A stretch of 64,000 nt of DNA from a bacterium (GTDB taxonomy: Bacteria; Joyebacterota; Joyebacteria; Joyebacterales; Joyebacteraceae): contig JALGVU010000001.1 in NCBI GenBank assembly GCA_025774545.1, positions 28,573 to 92,572 on the forward strand, in the 5' to 3' direction. The translations under genes and the position numbers were made by a program. The notes beneath the pieces were generated by a model that had not been told where the DNA came from, searched no databases, and worked only from the letters and a program-made list of their open reading frames with translations. This document shows, piece by piece, positions 21,162-30,320 of this stretch. Positions within the stretch are counted from its first letter, which is position 1, and the number at the start of each line of letters is the position of its first letter.

Positions 21162-22295
21162 ATGGGGTACGGAAGGAGCAGGGCGGCAGGCGTGGTTCTC
21201 GTGGCCGCGGGGCTCGTTGTCCTCGCGCTCGGGATCGTCGGGATCGCCTCGGGTCGAAGGGCCGGAGGGGGATTCGGCTTCGTCGAGCCGAGGGAGGCGA
21301 GCCACTGGGAGAGTCTCGAGGACGACTGGGTGAAGTGCGGGCTCTGTCCGAGGCGCTGCGTGGTGCCCCCCGGCGGCCGGGGGTACTGCGAGGTTCGCGA
21401 GAATCGGGACGGGATCTACTACACCCTGACCTACGGGAACCCGTGCGCGGTTCACGTCGACCCGATCGAGAAGAAGCCGTTCTACCACTTCCTGCCGACG
21501 ACACGCTCGTTCTCGATCGCGACGGCCGGCTGCAATCTCGAGTGCAAGTTCTGCCAGAACTGGCAGATCTCGCAGGCGAGGCCCGAGGAGCTCTCCAACG
21601 AGTACCTTCCGCCTTCGGCGGTCGTCGAGTCGGCGATCGCGAACGGTTGCGCGACGATCGCGTACACCTACTCGGAACCGACCATCTTCTTCGAGTACAT
21701 GCTCGACACGGCGAAGCTCGCCCACGAGCGTGGCGTCCGGAACGTCTACCACTCGAACGGGTTCATCAACCCTGGACCGCTTCGCGAGCTGACGCAGTAC
21801 CTCGACGCGGCCAACATCGATCTGAAGGGTTTCAGCGAGGAGTACTACGCCGACATGAGCGACGCGTCGCTCGCGCCCGTGCTTCGCTCGCTCAAGATCC
21901 TGGTCGAAGACGGTGTGCACCTCGAGCTCACGACGCTCCTCGTGCCGGGCGGGAACGACGATCCCGAGATGATCGCCGAGATGTGCGAGTGGATTCGCGA
22001 GAACCTCGGGGCCTCGGTGCCGCTCCACTTCTCCCGTTTTCACCCGCAGTATCGTCTCAGAGACCTACCCCCCACGCCGGTCGAGCGTCTGGAGACGGCC
22101 CGGCGGATCGCGCTCGACGCCGGTCTCAAGCACGTCTACATCGGGAACGTCCCGGGGCACGACGCCAACAGCACGTACTGCCCGCAGTGCGGCCGGAGGC
22201 TGATCTACCGGATCGGCTACGACGTCGACCCCTCAGGGCTCGATTCGGGCGCGTGCCCGGTCTGCGGCACGGCGATCGAGGGCGTCTGGGAGTAA
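21162..22295 (+). CDS. AmmeMemoRadiSam system radical SAM enzyme, with N-terminal membrane anchor
   Basis: N-terminal hydrophobic helix AAGVVLVAAGLVVLALGIVGIA. CxxC pair then radical SAM CNLECKFC motif. C-terminal CPQCG...CPVCG zinc-ribbon-like pairs. Immediately downstream of the Memo-AMMECR1 gene. Confidence 0.75.
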   Translation: MGYGRSRAAGVVLVAAGLVVLALGIVGIASGRRAGGGFGFVEPREASHWESLEDDWVKCGLCPRRCVVPPGGRGYCEVRENRDGIYYTLTYGNPCAVHVDPIEKKPFYHFLPTTRSFSIATAGCNLECKFCQNWQISQARPEELSNEYLPPSAVVESAIANGCATIAYTYSEPTIFFEYMLDTAKLAHERGVRNVYHSNGFINPGPLRELTQYLDAANIDLKGFSEEYYADMSDASLAPVLRSLKILVEDGVHLELTTLLVPGGNDDPEMIAEMCEWIRENLGASVPLHFSRFHPQYRLRDLPPTPVERLETARRIALDAGLKHVYIGNVPGHDANSTYCPQCGRRLIYRIGYDVDPSGLDSGACPVCGTAIEGVWE

Positions 22296-22306
22296 CAATG
22301 ACGGTG

Positions 22307-22336
22307 TTGACAGCCGGCGCCCCCATCGTCTAGAGT
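22307..22336 (+). promoter_or_regulatory. Putative sigma70-like promoter (TTGACA-18-TAGAGT) for the beta-helix gene
   Basis: Consensus -35 and a 4/6 -10 in the 115-nt gap. SD GAAGGAGG follows. Confidence 0.35.
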
Positions 22337-22409
22337 CTTACCAAGCAGGCGGTTCCGGCGGAACGGCCGGCGACTTCACCCCTTTGCGAGACTCACGAAG
22401 GAGGCACAG

Positions 22410-23423
22410 ATGCGTCTTTCTTTGGTGGCCATCTTGATCGGCCTCACGGCGGCCACCGCAGGTGCGGAGGTCATCAACGTCCCCGATCCCGACGAGAGCA
22501 TCCGGAGCATTCAGCAGGGACTGCTCCGGGCCGACCCGGGTGACACCGTGCTCCTGTCGTCGGGCGTCTTCGACAGCGTCAGCACCTTCCTGACGCCCTG
22601 GGGCCTGAAGACGGCGATCGCGAGCATTCCGGACGGCGTTATCCTCATGGGCGTCGACCGCAGGGACTCGAGGATCGACTACACGAACGCCGAGTACGGC
22701 ATTCTCTGCATGGACGTCGGGGAGGAGACCCGGATCGAGAACCTCAGCATCGGGGGCGGCATCGGCCGGGACCAGGGGCGTGCGGACGACGCCGACGTGA
22801 GGACCCTCGTGGCTGGCATCACCTGCCTGAAGAACGCGAGTCCCACGATCAGGGATCTCTCGATCCAGGAAGGCGCGACCGGGATCATCGTCAATGAGAA
22901 CTCGGCGCCGATCATCGAGACCTCCGTCATCGCGCGAGGCAGCCACCACGGCGTGTACGTCTACATGAACGGCGCCACGCCGGCCGTCATCGATCACGTT
23001 TCGCTCGTGCAGAATTTCGACATGGGCGTCTACGTCTTCAACGGCTCGGTGAGCGTGAGGAACTGCTCGATCACTCACAACGGCAAGCACGGCGTGAAGT
23101 CGTACCTCTCGGACCCGATCCTCGAGTACAACAACGTCTACTGGAACGATCGAATCGACCCCGACTCGCAGACCGGCCCTCTCAACTACGGCGGGCTCGA
23201 CGATCTCACCGGCGTCGACGGGAACATCTCCGTTGAGCCGTTCTACTGCGACTTCTTCGGATCCGCAGGCTACGACTACCACGTCTGCTTCGAGGAGTCG
23301 CCGAACTTGGAGGCCGACGAGTTCGGCGCGTTCGTGGGCGTCTACGGAGGTGGCTGCGACAACTGCGTGTCGTCGCCCGTCGAGCCGACGACGTGGGGAG
23401 CGATCAAGGCCCTCTACCGCTAG
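22410..23423 (+). CDS. Secreted right-handed parallel beta-helix repeat protein (pectin-lyase-fold, NosD-like), Cys-rich C-terminus
   Basis: Signal peptide MRLSLVAILIGLTAATAGA. Repeated N/G/V-rich beta-helix turns. Five Cys in the last 60 aa. Confidence 0.6.
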   Translation: MRLSLVAILIGLTAATAGAEVINVPDPDESIRSIQQGLLRADPGDTVLLSSGVFDSVSTFLTPWGLKTAIASIPDGVILMGVDRRDSRIDYTNAEYGILCMDVGEETRIENLSIGGGIGRDQGRADDADVRTLVAGITCLKNASPTIRDLSIQEGATGIIVNENSAPIIETSVIARGSHHGVYVYMNGATPAVIDHVSLVQNFDMGVYVFNGSVSVRNCSITHNGKHGVKSYLSDPILEYNNVYWNDRIDPDSQTGPLNYGGLDDLTGVDGNISVEPFYCDFFGSAGYDYHVCFEESPNLEADEFGAFVGVYGGGCDNCVSSPVEPTTWGAIKALYR

Positions 23424-23479
23424 ACGAGGGAAGACGGCCGCGCCGGGGCGCAATCGGACGGCCGACACGACGCGACAAT

Positions 23480-23511
23480 GCGGCGCCCCGCCTCTCGAGG
23501 CGGGGCGCCGC
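23480..23511. terminator. Bidirectional palindromic terminator between convergent genes
   Basis: GCGGCGCCCCGCC-TCTCGA-GGCGGGGCGCCGC, a perfect 13-bp stem, in the 123-nt convergent gap. Confidence 0.5.
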
Positions 23512-23546
23512 TCTGTCGGTGCGCCGCCACCGTCGTTCTCGGACCT

Positions 23547-25916
23547 CTACGCGGCGCGCCCGAGCCGCACGATCGGGACGACGAGCCCGACGAGCACGGC
23601 GGCGTTCAGGAGGGAGAGGGCGCCCATCGTCCCGGGGATTCCCATGACGGGAAGGAGGATGACGCCCGCGAAGACCGCGCCGACGGCGGATCCGGCGAGA
23701 TCGGTGCCGTAGAGCCTGCCGCCCGCCGTCGACGGGACCGCCGCGTCGGTCGCGAAGAGGCGCGCGGCGAGCGGGAACTGCGCGCCCGCGAGCACGGCAG
23801 ACCCGACGACGATCAGCGGGAAGAGCCCCGCCCAGACGGCCAACGCGTCGGGGGGGAGCCCCGCGAGGCCTGTGAGCGTCGCGGCGAGCCCGAGCGGAAC
23901 GCAGGCGATCGCGAGCTCGAGGAGCGCGAACGCACGCGGTCCGGCGCCCCTCGCCGCCGCGCGCGCCCCGAGCCAGCCGCCCGCCGCGAGTCCGGCCATG
24001 AAGGCCGCGACGATGAGCGCAAGGCGATGGTACACGTAGCCGTAGAGGCTCTGGAAGGCGATGAGCGCCGCGATCTCGAGGCTGATCTCGGTCAGTCCGA
24101 CGACGAAGACGGCCACCAGGACATTGCGTCTGAGCGTCGAGCGGGCGGCCTTCCGGACGAGCGCCGGGGCACAGAGCGCGACCGCGAGCACCACGGCCAC
24201 GATGAGCGCGTTCCCGAGCGTGAGGAACCGCGGCGCCGCGCGCACGAAGGCAGGCGAGCGCGAGAACTGGCGGTTCCACAGCACGGTCGAAAGGTAGACT
24301 CCGGCAGGTGACAGGTCGGTGTTGAGCGGCGAGTCCACGTCCTCGATCGCCCGGTCGAGAGCGGCGACCCTCTCGCTCGAGAACCGGTCCGCGAGGTAGT
24401 AGCCCCGCGTGTGGATGACGTCGAGCCGTCTCTCGGCCACCCTCTCGATGAGGAGATCGACGTCGCGCGCGGACGTGGCGCCGGGCCCGGCGATGAAGTG
24501 GCACGGGTCGCCGGGGAAGATCGCGACCTCCTCGAACGCGGAGGCGAGCGTCGTCCGGACGCACGCGAGGAAGCGGGCGAGGTCGGGACCGATGTAGTTC
24601 TCGGCCGACGAGACCGCCAGACCCAGGAGGCCTCCGGACGCGAGAACTCGCTCGGCCTCGCTGAAGAAGCCGGCCGTGTAGAACCGGTTGAGCTGGGCGG
24701 TGGTGGGATCCGGGACGTTGACGATCACGACGTCGTACGTTGCGTGGGCACGCTTGACGAAGAAGCGGGCGTCGACGTAGTGCACCGTGACGCGCCCGTC
24801 GGCGTGCCCGCCGACCATCGCGTCACCGAACTCGCTCGCCGCCGTGCGAACGAGTGCGGGATCGAGCTCCACGAAATCGACCGACGTCACGGTCGGGTGC
24901 TTGAGGATCTCGTCGATCGTCCCGGCGAGCCCGCCTCCCAGGAGCAGCACGCGCGAGGGGCCGGGGTGGGAGAGGAGCGGGAGGTGGACGGCCTCCTCGG
25001 CCGCCAGACGGTCGGGCGCCGACGCGACGAGGACGCCGCTCTCGTAGATGCTCTTCTGGGTGCCGGCCTGTGTCGCGACGATCCGCCCGTAGACGGAGTT
25101 GGTCTGGGATCGGAACCCGAGGTCCTTCCACGCGATCCCGACGGTCGCGTCGTCGACCGCGGGGGAGAGGGCAAGGAGCACGATCGAGCCTAGGGCGACC
25201 GCCACCGCGGCGGCTCGGACGCGCGCCGGGGACGTGCCGGGGACGGCCGAAGGGGGATGAGCGATCGCGAACGCCGCGGCGGCCGTGAGGAAGGCCATGA
25301 ACGAGGCGATCCTCACGGGATCCCAGTGAGGGAGGAGGACGAAGCTGACGAGGATTCCCCCGACCGCCGCGCCCGCGGCCTCGAGGATGTAGACCGTCCC
25401 GATCGCCGACGGTGCCCGTTCTCGGGACAGCGCCGCGACGCCCACGGCGAACAGGAAGCCGGCGACGAGGGTGAAGGGTGCCAAGGCGATGATCGAGGCG
25501 AGGAAGAGCGTCCCGGGGCCGGCCAGCTCTCCGGCGCCGACGCCCACGGTGTCTCGCGCGAGGCGGGCGACCACGAGGGCGACGGGCGCCAGTACCGAGA
25601 GCGCGAGAAGGCCGCGGGCGAAGGCGAGTCGAGGTGAGCCGATCCGACCCGCGAGTGGCCCGACCAGCGCGCTCCCGGCGCCCGTGAAGGTCAGCCAGAC
25701 GGCGAGCGCGAGCCCGAACGACAGCTCGTTGCCCCTCCAGGCGACCATCAGCTCCCTGAGGAGCAGGACCTGAACGGTGAGGGATGTCGTGCCGGCGAGC
25801 GCGAAGGCGGTCCGGAGGGCGGCACGCGGCGCGCCCGCGGGCGTCCCTATGTCGGTTCTCGGTGTGGGCATCCTCACCGTCAGTCTAGCAGACGCCGCGC
25901 GGCGCGGTCGAACCAT
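23547..25916 (-). CDS. Fused MFS-like membrane domain / spermidine synthase (polyamine aminopropyltransferase family)
   Basis: 789 aa with multiple TM helices at both ends flanking a central SpeE-like domain (VLLLGGGLAGT ... VDLDP ... VIVNVPDP). The only convincing minus-strand gene. Start codon uncertain. Confidence 0.7.
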   Translation of the reverse strand: MVRPRRAASARLTVRMPTPRTDIGTPAGAPRAALRTAFALAGTTSLTVQVLLLRELMVAWRGNELSFGLALAVWLTFTGAGSALVGPLAGRIGSPRLAFARGLLALSVLAPVALVVARLARDTVGVGAGELAGPGTLFLASIIALAPFTLVAGFLFAVGVAALSRERAPSAIGTVYILEAAGAAVGGILVSFVLLPHWDPVRIASFMAFLTAAAAFAIAHPPSAVPGTSPARVRAAAVAVALGSIVLLALSPAVDDATVGIAWKDLGFRSQTNSVYGRIVATQAGTQKSIYESGVLVASAPDRLAAEEAVHLPLLSHPGPSRVLLLGGGLAGTIDEILKHPTVTSVDFVELDPALVRTAASEFGDAMVGGHADGRVTVHYVDARFFVKRAHATYDVVIVNVPDPTTAQLNRFYTAGFFSEAERVLASGGLLGLAVSSAENYIGPDLARFLACVRTTLASAFEEVAIFPGDPCHFIAGPGATSARDVDLLIERVAERRLDVIHTRGYYLADRFSSERVAALDRAIEDVDSPLNTDLSPAGVYLSTVLWNRQFSRSPAFVRAAPRFLTLGNALIVAVVLAVALCAPALVRKAARSTLRRNVLVAVFVVGLTEISLEIAALIAFQSLYGYVYHRLALIVAAFMAGLAAGGWLGARAAARGAGPRAFALLELAIACVPLGLAATLTGLAGLPPDALAVWAGLFPLIVVGSAVLAGAQFPLAARLFATDAAVPSTAGGRLYGTDLAGSAVGAVFAGVILLPVMGIPGTMGALSLLNAAVLVGLVVPIVRLGRAA

Positions 25917-26123
25917 TCCTCACGGGAACTTCCGACGCGGTCTGCGGTTAGCCAAACAGAAAACGGTTGACACTCCCGAGAATCGTCTGCTAGCCTTCGT
26001 CGCGGAAGGAGTCCCGCCGCCGCGGCTCCTGGCATTGCACAGAGCGCCGCCAGTGGGGAACTACGCCCCGCCGACGCACCCGTGTCTCTGCCGCCGTCCG
26101 GGCCGCCGAACGCGCGGGAGTGA

Positions 26124-27260
26124 GTGATGGCAGGTAACGTCAGCCGAGAGGCCAGCCGGCAGACGCCCCGCGGCGCGAACTGCGCCCCGGGGCCGCCGTC
26201 GGCGCTCGCGCGGATGATCGGTTGGTACCTCGAGCGCTTCAAGCGGCCGGAACCCATCTCTTTCGGGGACGCCTTCAGGAGCGTCGAGAAAGTCCTCGTC
26301 ATCCCCGAGCCGGGGGTCGCGGGGGCTCTCTTCGCGATGCCCACGCTGCGGGCGATGCGGCGCGGGTGTCCGAAGGGGAAGATCGCGGTCCTCGCCCGCG
26401 ATGAGGACCGAGAGCTCCTGGAGGGCTGCCGCGAGATCGACCGCGTGATCGCCTACTCGCTACCGAGCGGCGTCCGCCGCTACTCCGCCTATCTCTGGCT
26501 CGGCCGCAAGATCCGCGGCTACGGGTTCGACATCGCCATCATCCTCGATCGCCAGTTCGACGTCGAGCGCATGTTCCTGTGCTACCTCTCCGGCGCGACC
26601 GTCCGCGCGGGTCTCCAGAGCCCAGAGAGCCACTCGTTCCTAAACCTCGAGGTCAGCACGAACGTGCCGGGGAAGGCGCGGACGCAGCCAGGACTCGAGA
26701 TCGCGCGCGTAATGGGGATCGACGTGTCGGGACTCGATCTCACTTGGGACGTGCCCGAGCGGGAGCGGCGGCTGGCCGAGCAGCTCGTCCACTTCCGCAA
26801 GCCCCGCGAGGACGAGCTCCTCGTCGGGTTCGATCCAGGGCCCGGACGCGGCGGGACCTCGATCACGGTCGCGCAGCAGGCGCGGCTCCTCGACAAGCTC
26901 TGCTCCGACTACCGCGCGAGGGCCATCCTCCTCACGGCTCCCGAGCACCACGGGCTCGTCAAGACGCTCGAGTCGATGCTGTCGCGCGAGCCGATCGTCG
27001 TGCAGCAGCGGAAGATGCGCGATGTCGTCGGCCTCCTGGGCCAGTGTGACCTGTTCGTCGCGGGCAACACGGACCTCGTCTACTTCGCGGTGGCGATGGG
27101 TATCCCGACCGTGTCGCTCATGACGCCTCTCGAGATGGCCGAGGCCGCGCTCCTCGACTCGACCTTCCTGCAGGTGGTCGAGCTGACCCCCGGCGAGCGA
27201 TTCCCGATCGCGGAGTTCATCGAGAGGACGCAGGCCGTGCTCCTGGCCAGCAGCACCTGA
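26124..27260 (+). CDS. Glycosyltransferase family 9 (heptosyltransferase-like), divergent
   Basis: 378 aa with GT9-like C-terminal half. The N-terminus may start at the internal M (MIGWYLERF). Confidence 0.6.
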   Translation: MMAGNVSREASRQTPRGANCAPGPPSALARMIGWYLERFKRPEPISFGDAFRSVEKVLVIPEPGVAGALFAMPTLRAMRRGCPKGKIAVLARDEDRELLEGCREIDRVIAYSLPSGVRRYSAYLWLGRKIRGYGFDIAIILDRQFDVERMFLCYLSGATVRAGLQSPESHSFLNLEVSTNVPGKARTQPGLEIARVMGIDVSGLDLTWDVPERERRLAEQLVHFRKPREDELLVGFDPGPGRGGTSITVAQQARLLDKLCSDYRARAILLTAPEHHGLVKTLESMLSREPIVVQQRKMRDVVGLLGQCDLFVAGNTDLVYFAVAMGIPTVSLMTPLEMAEAALLDSTFLQVVELTPGERFPIAEFIERTQAVLLASST

Positions 27261-27274
27261 CAGCGCGAGGTACG

Positions 27275-29281
27275 ATGAGGCTCTTCCTGAGGCTCCTGGG
27301 CTACGTGAGACCGTACTGGCGCCGCCTTCTGGCGGCGTTGGCTTGCATGGCCGTCTTTGCGGTCGTCTCGACGGTCTCGCTCGGCATGATCCTGCCGTTC
27401 GTCAACATGCTCTTCGAGCCCGACGCGCTCATGGAGGAGACGGGAGGAGGGAGCGCCGGCGGCCTCGCGGCGGCCGACGGGGAGGGCGGTCTCGCGGCGG
27501 CCGATGCGGAGGGGGGGCCTGCGACGACCGATGCGGGCGGCGCTCGCAGCGCGGTCGTCGGGAACGCGGGACCTTCCGATCCGCTCTCGGCGGTGACGGG
27601 GGGGGGCGCGGCGCCGATCGAGGGGTTCAAGGAGACCGTGCGGGTCCGCGTTCTCGCGTTCTTCGCGAGCGACTCGCCGGACAAGGCGATCGGGAAGATC
27701 TGCCTCGTGCTTCTCGTCGTGTTCCTCATCAAGAACCTCTTCGGGTATCTGCAGACGTTCCTCATGATCACCGTCGAGCAGGGCGTGATCCGCGACATCA
27801 GGAACGTGCTCTTCTCGCACCTGTCCGTGCTCTCGCTCTCGTTCTTCCACGGCAAGCGCACCGGGCAACTCATCTCGCGGATCACGAACGACGTCGGGCT
27901 GGTGAAGCGGGCTCTCGTCGCCACGTTCGCGAATCTCTTCCGGGAGTCTCTCCTCGTTGTGTTCTACCTGGGCATCTCCTTCTGGATCAGCTGGCGGCTT
28001 GCGCTCATCACCTTCGTCGTGATGCCGCCGTTCTTCCTTCTGGTCGCCAGGATCGGCCGGAGGCTGCGCAAGCGGAGCGCGAGGATCCAGGAGCGAATGG
28101 CCGACATCACGTCGACCCTGCAGGAGTCGATCTCCGGGATCAGGGTCGTGAAGGCGTTCGGGATGGAGGAGTACGAGCAGAAGCGGTTCTTCAAGAACAC
28201 GTGGGACTTCTTCCGCGCGACGATCCGCATGGAGCTTCTGGGAGCCCTCGCGGCGCCGCTGGTCGAGTACCTAGGTGTGATCGGCATCGTGCTCGTGCTG
28301 TGGTACGGCGCGAGGCAGGTCCTCCTCGAAGGCGGCATCGGTCCCGACTGGTTCCTCATCTTCCTCGCTTCGACGCTCTCCACGATGCAGCCGCTCCGGA
28401 AGATCTCACGCGCGAACAACGAGCTCCAGGTCGGTCTGGCGGCGGCCAAACGGATCTTCGACGTCGTCGACACACCTTCGTCGATCGTCTCGAGGCCCGG
28501 GGCGCAGGTGGTCGCGGGATTCGACGATCGTGTCCGCTACGAGGATGTCTCGTTTCGGTACGACACTGGCGACGACGTCCTCCGATCGATCGACCTCGAG
28601 ATCAAGCGGGGCGAGATCGTCGCCATCGTCGGGCCGAGCGGCGCCGGTAAGTCGACGCTCCTCGATCTCCTGCCGCGGTTCTACGATCCGACGGCGGGGC
28701 GGATCACGATCGACGGGCGGGATCTCAAGGACGTCGACCTCGCGTCGCTGAGGCGGCTCATGGGGATCGTGACGCAGGAGACGATCCTCTTCAACGACAC
28801 GGTCAGGAACAACATCGCGTACGGCCTCGAGGGCGCCGGGATCGAGGAGATCGTCGCCGCGGCCCACGCGGCCAACGCCCACCGTTTCATCGAGGGCATG
28901 CCGAACGGGTACGACACCGTGATCGGCGAGCGGGGCGCCATGGTCTCCGGCGGCGAGCGGCAGCGCATTGCCATCGCCCGCGCGATCCTCAAGAACCCGC
29001 CCGTGCTCATCTTCGACGAGGCGACGTCGTCCCTCGACACGGAGTCGGAGCGGCTCGTGCAGGAGGCCATCGAACATCTGCTCTCGGGCAGGACGGTGCT
29101 CCTGATCGCGCACAGGCTCTCGACCATCAGGAACGCCGACCGGATCGTCGTGATGGACGGCGGGAGGGTCAGGGAGACCGGCACGCACCAGGAGCTCATG
29201 GACTCGGGGGGGCTCTATCGGCACCTCTACGACATGCAATTCAGGGACGAGCCGATCGGTCCGCGCTCGAGAGCCGGATAG
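27275..29281 (+). CDS. msbA: Lipid A export ABC transporter permease/ATPase MsbA, with ~75-aa low-complexity insertion in the first extracytoplasmic loop
   Basis: Six-helix TMD. Walker A GPSGAGKST, signature LSGGERQRIAIARA, Walker B ILIFDEATS. The G/A/D/E-rich insert (GGLAAADGEGGLAAADAEGG) lies between TM1 and TM2. Confidence 0.88.
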   Translation: MRLFLRLLGYVRPYWRRLLAALACMAVFAVVSTVSLGMILPFVNMLFEPDALMEETGGGSAGGLAAADGEGGLAAADAEGGPATTDAGGARSAVVGNAGPSDPLSAVTGGGAAPIEGFKETVRVRVLAFFASDSPDKAIGKICLVLLVVFLIKNLFGYLQTFLMITVEQGVIRDIRNVLFSHLSVLSLSFFHGKRTGQLISRITNDVGLVKRALVATFANLFRESLLVVFYLGISFWISWRLALITFVVMPPFFLLVARIGRRLRKRSARIQERMADITSTLQESISGIRVVKAFGMEEYEQKRFFKNTWDFFRATIRMELLGALAAPLVEYLGVIGIVLVLWYGARQVLLEGGIGPDWFLIFLASTLSTMQPLRKISRANNELQVGLAAAKRIFDVVDTPSSIVSRPGAQVVAGFDDRVRYEDVSFRYDTGDDVLRSIDLEIKRGEIVAIVGPSGAGKSTLLDLLPRFYDPTAGRITIDGRDLKDVDLASLRRLMGIVTQETILFNDTVRNNIAYGLEGAGIEEIVAAAHAANAHRFIEGMPNGYDTVIGERGAMVSGGERQRIAIARAILKNPPVLIFDEATSSLDTESERLVQEAIEHLLSGRTVLLIAHRLSTIRNADRIVVMDGGRVRETGTHQELMDSGGLYRHLYDMQFRDEPIGPRSRAG

Positions 29282-29306
29282 GACCGCGGGCCGGGCCGCG
29301 CTCGAA

Positions 29307-30320
29307 CGGATTCTCATCGTTCGAACGAGCTCGATCGGTGACGTCGTACTGACCGAGCCCGTGATCGCGCTCCTCCGTGAGGCGTACCCGGCCGCCGAGA
29401 TCGGTTTCGTCGTCAAGAAAGCGTACGGGGATCTCGTCGCGCACAACCGTGACCTGACGCGCGTCCACCTCCTCGAGGGGAGCTCGCTCGGTGACCTCCT
29501 CTCGCTCGCTCGCTCGATCCGTGCGCAGCGGTACGACGCCGTCATCGATCTTCACAGGAACGTGCGGAGCGCGGCGATCGCGCGACGCTCGGGAGCGGGG
29601 ATCGTCTCTGCGTACGAGAAACGCGAGCGCGCGGTCGCCGTTCGGGTCCGATTCGCCCGGGGCAGCTTCCGGGCGTCGCGTCGGCTCGTCGACCGCTACC
29701 TCGGAGCCCTGGCACCCCTCGGCGTGGTTCCCGAGTACCGAAGACCTCGCTTCCACCTGGGCGCGGACGACCGAGCCGCCGCGGGTGATCTCCTCGCGGG
29801 CGCCGGACTCGCCGGCGCCCCGTACGCGGCCGTCGTCCCCGGCTCGGTCTGGGCCACGAAGCGCTGGCCCGCCGAACGGTACGCCGTGCTGACGCGCCGT
29901 CTCGCTGAGGAGACGGGTTTGAGTGTGCTCCTCCTGGGTTCCGCCGGCGAACGGACGCTCTGCGAGGCCGTCCGCGCCGGGTTCCCGGACGCCGTCGTCG
30001 CTGCCGGAACGACCTCGCTCGGGGTCATGGCAGCGCTCATCTCTCTCTCTCGCCTCTACGTCGGAAACGACAGCGGCCCGACTCACGTGGCTATGGCGCT
30101 CGACGTTCCCACGGTGGCGATCTTCGGGCCGACCGATCCCGGGCAGTTCGACTTCCGCGACCACGCTCTCGTGTACGCAGATCTCCCGTGCAGCGCGTGC
30201 TCGTTCTACGGGGGCGAGCGATGCCGGCTTCGCCACTGGGACTGCATGGAGACGATCGCCGCCGACGACGTGCTCACCGCGGCCGTCGGTCTTCTCGAGT
30301 CGAGAGGGGGGAGTCCTTGA
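29307..30320 (+). CDS. ADP-heptose--LPS heptosyltransferase (GT9); start codon non-canonical or unresolved
   Basis: Conserved GT9 N-terminus RILIVRTSSIGDVVLTEP is in-frame upstream of the first canonical start (GTG 29361). No ATG/GTG/TTG/CTG in frame between stop TGA 29151-53 and 29361. Possible ATT at 29307. Confidence 0.7.
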   Translation, partial: RILIVRTSSIGDVVLTEPVIALLREAYPAAEIGFVVKKAYGDLVAHNRDLTRVHLLEGSSLGDLLSLARSIRAQRYDAVIDLHRNVRSAAIARRSGAGIVSAYEKRERAVAVRVRFARGSFRASRRLVDRYLGALAPLGVVPEYRRPRFHLGADDRAAAGDLLAGAGLAGAPYAAVVPGSVWATKRWPAERYAVLTRRLAEETGLSVLLLGSAGERTLCEAVRAGFPDAVVAAGTTSLGVMAALISLSRLYVGNDSGPTHVAMALDVPTVAIFGPTDPGQFDFRDHALVYADLPCSACSFYGGERCRLRHWDCMETIAADDVLTAAVGLLESRGGSP

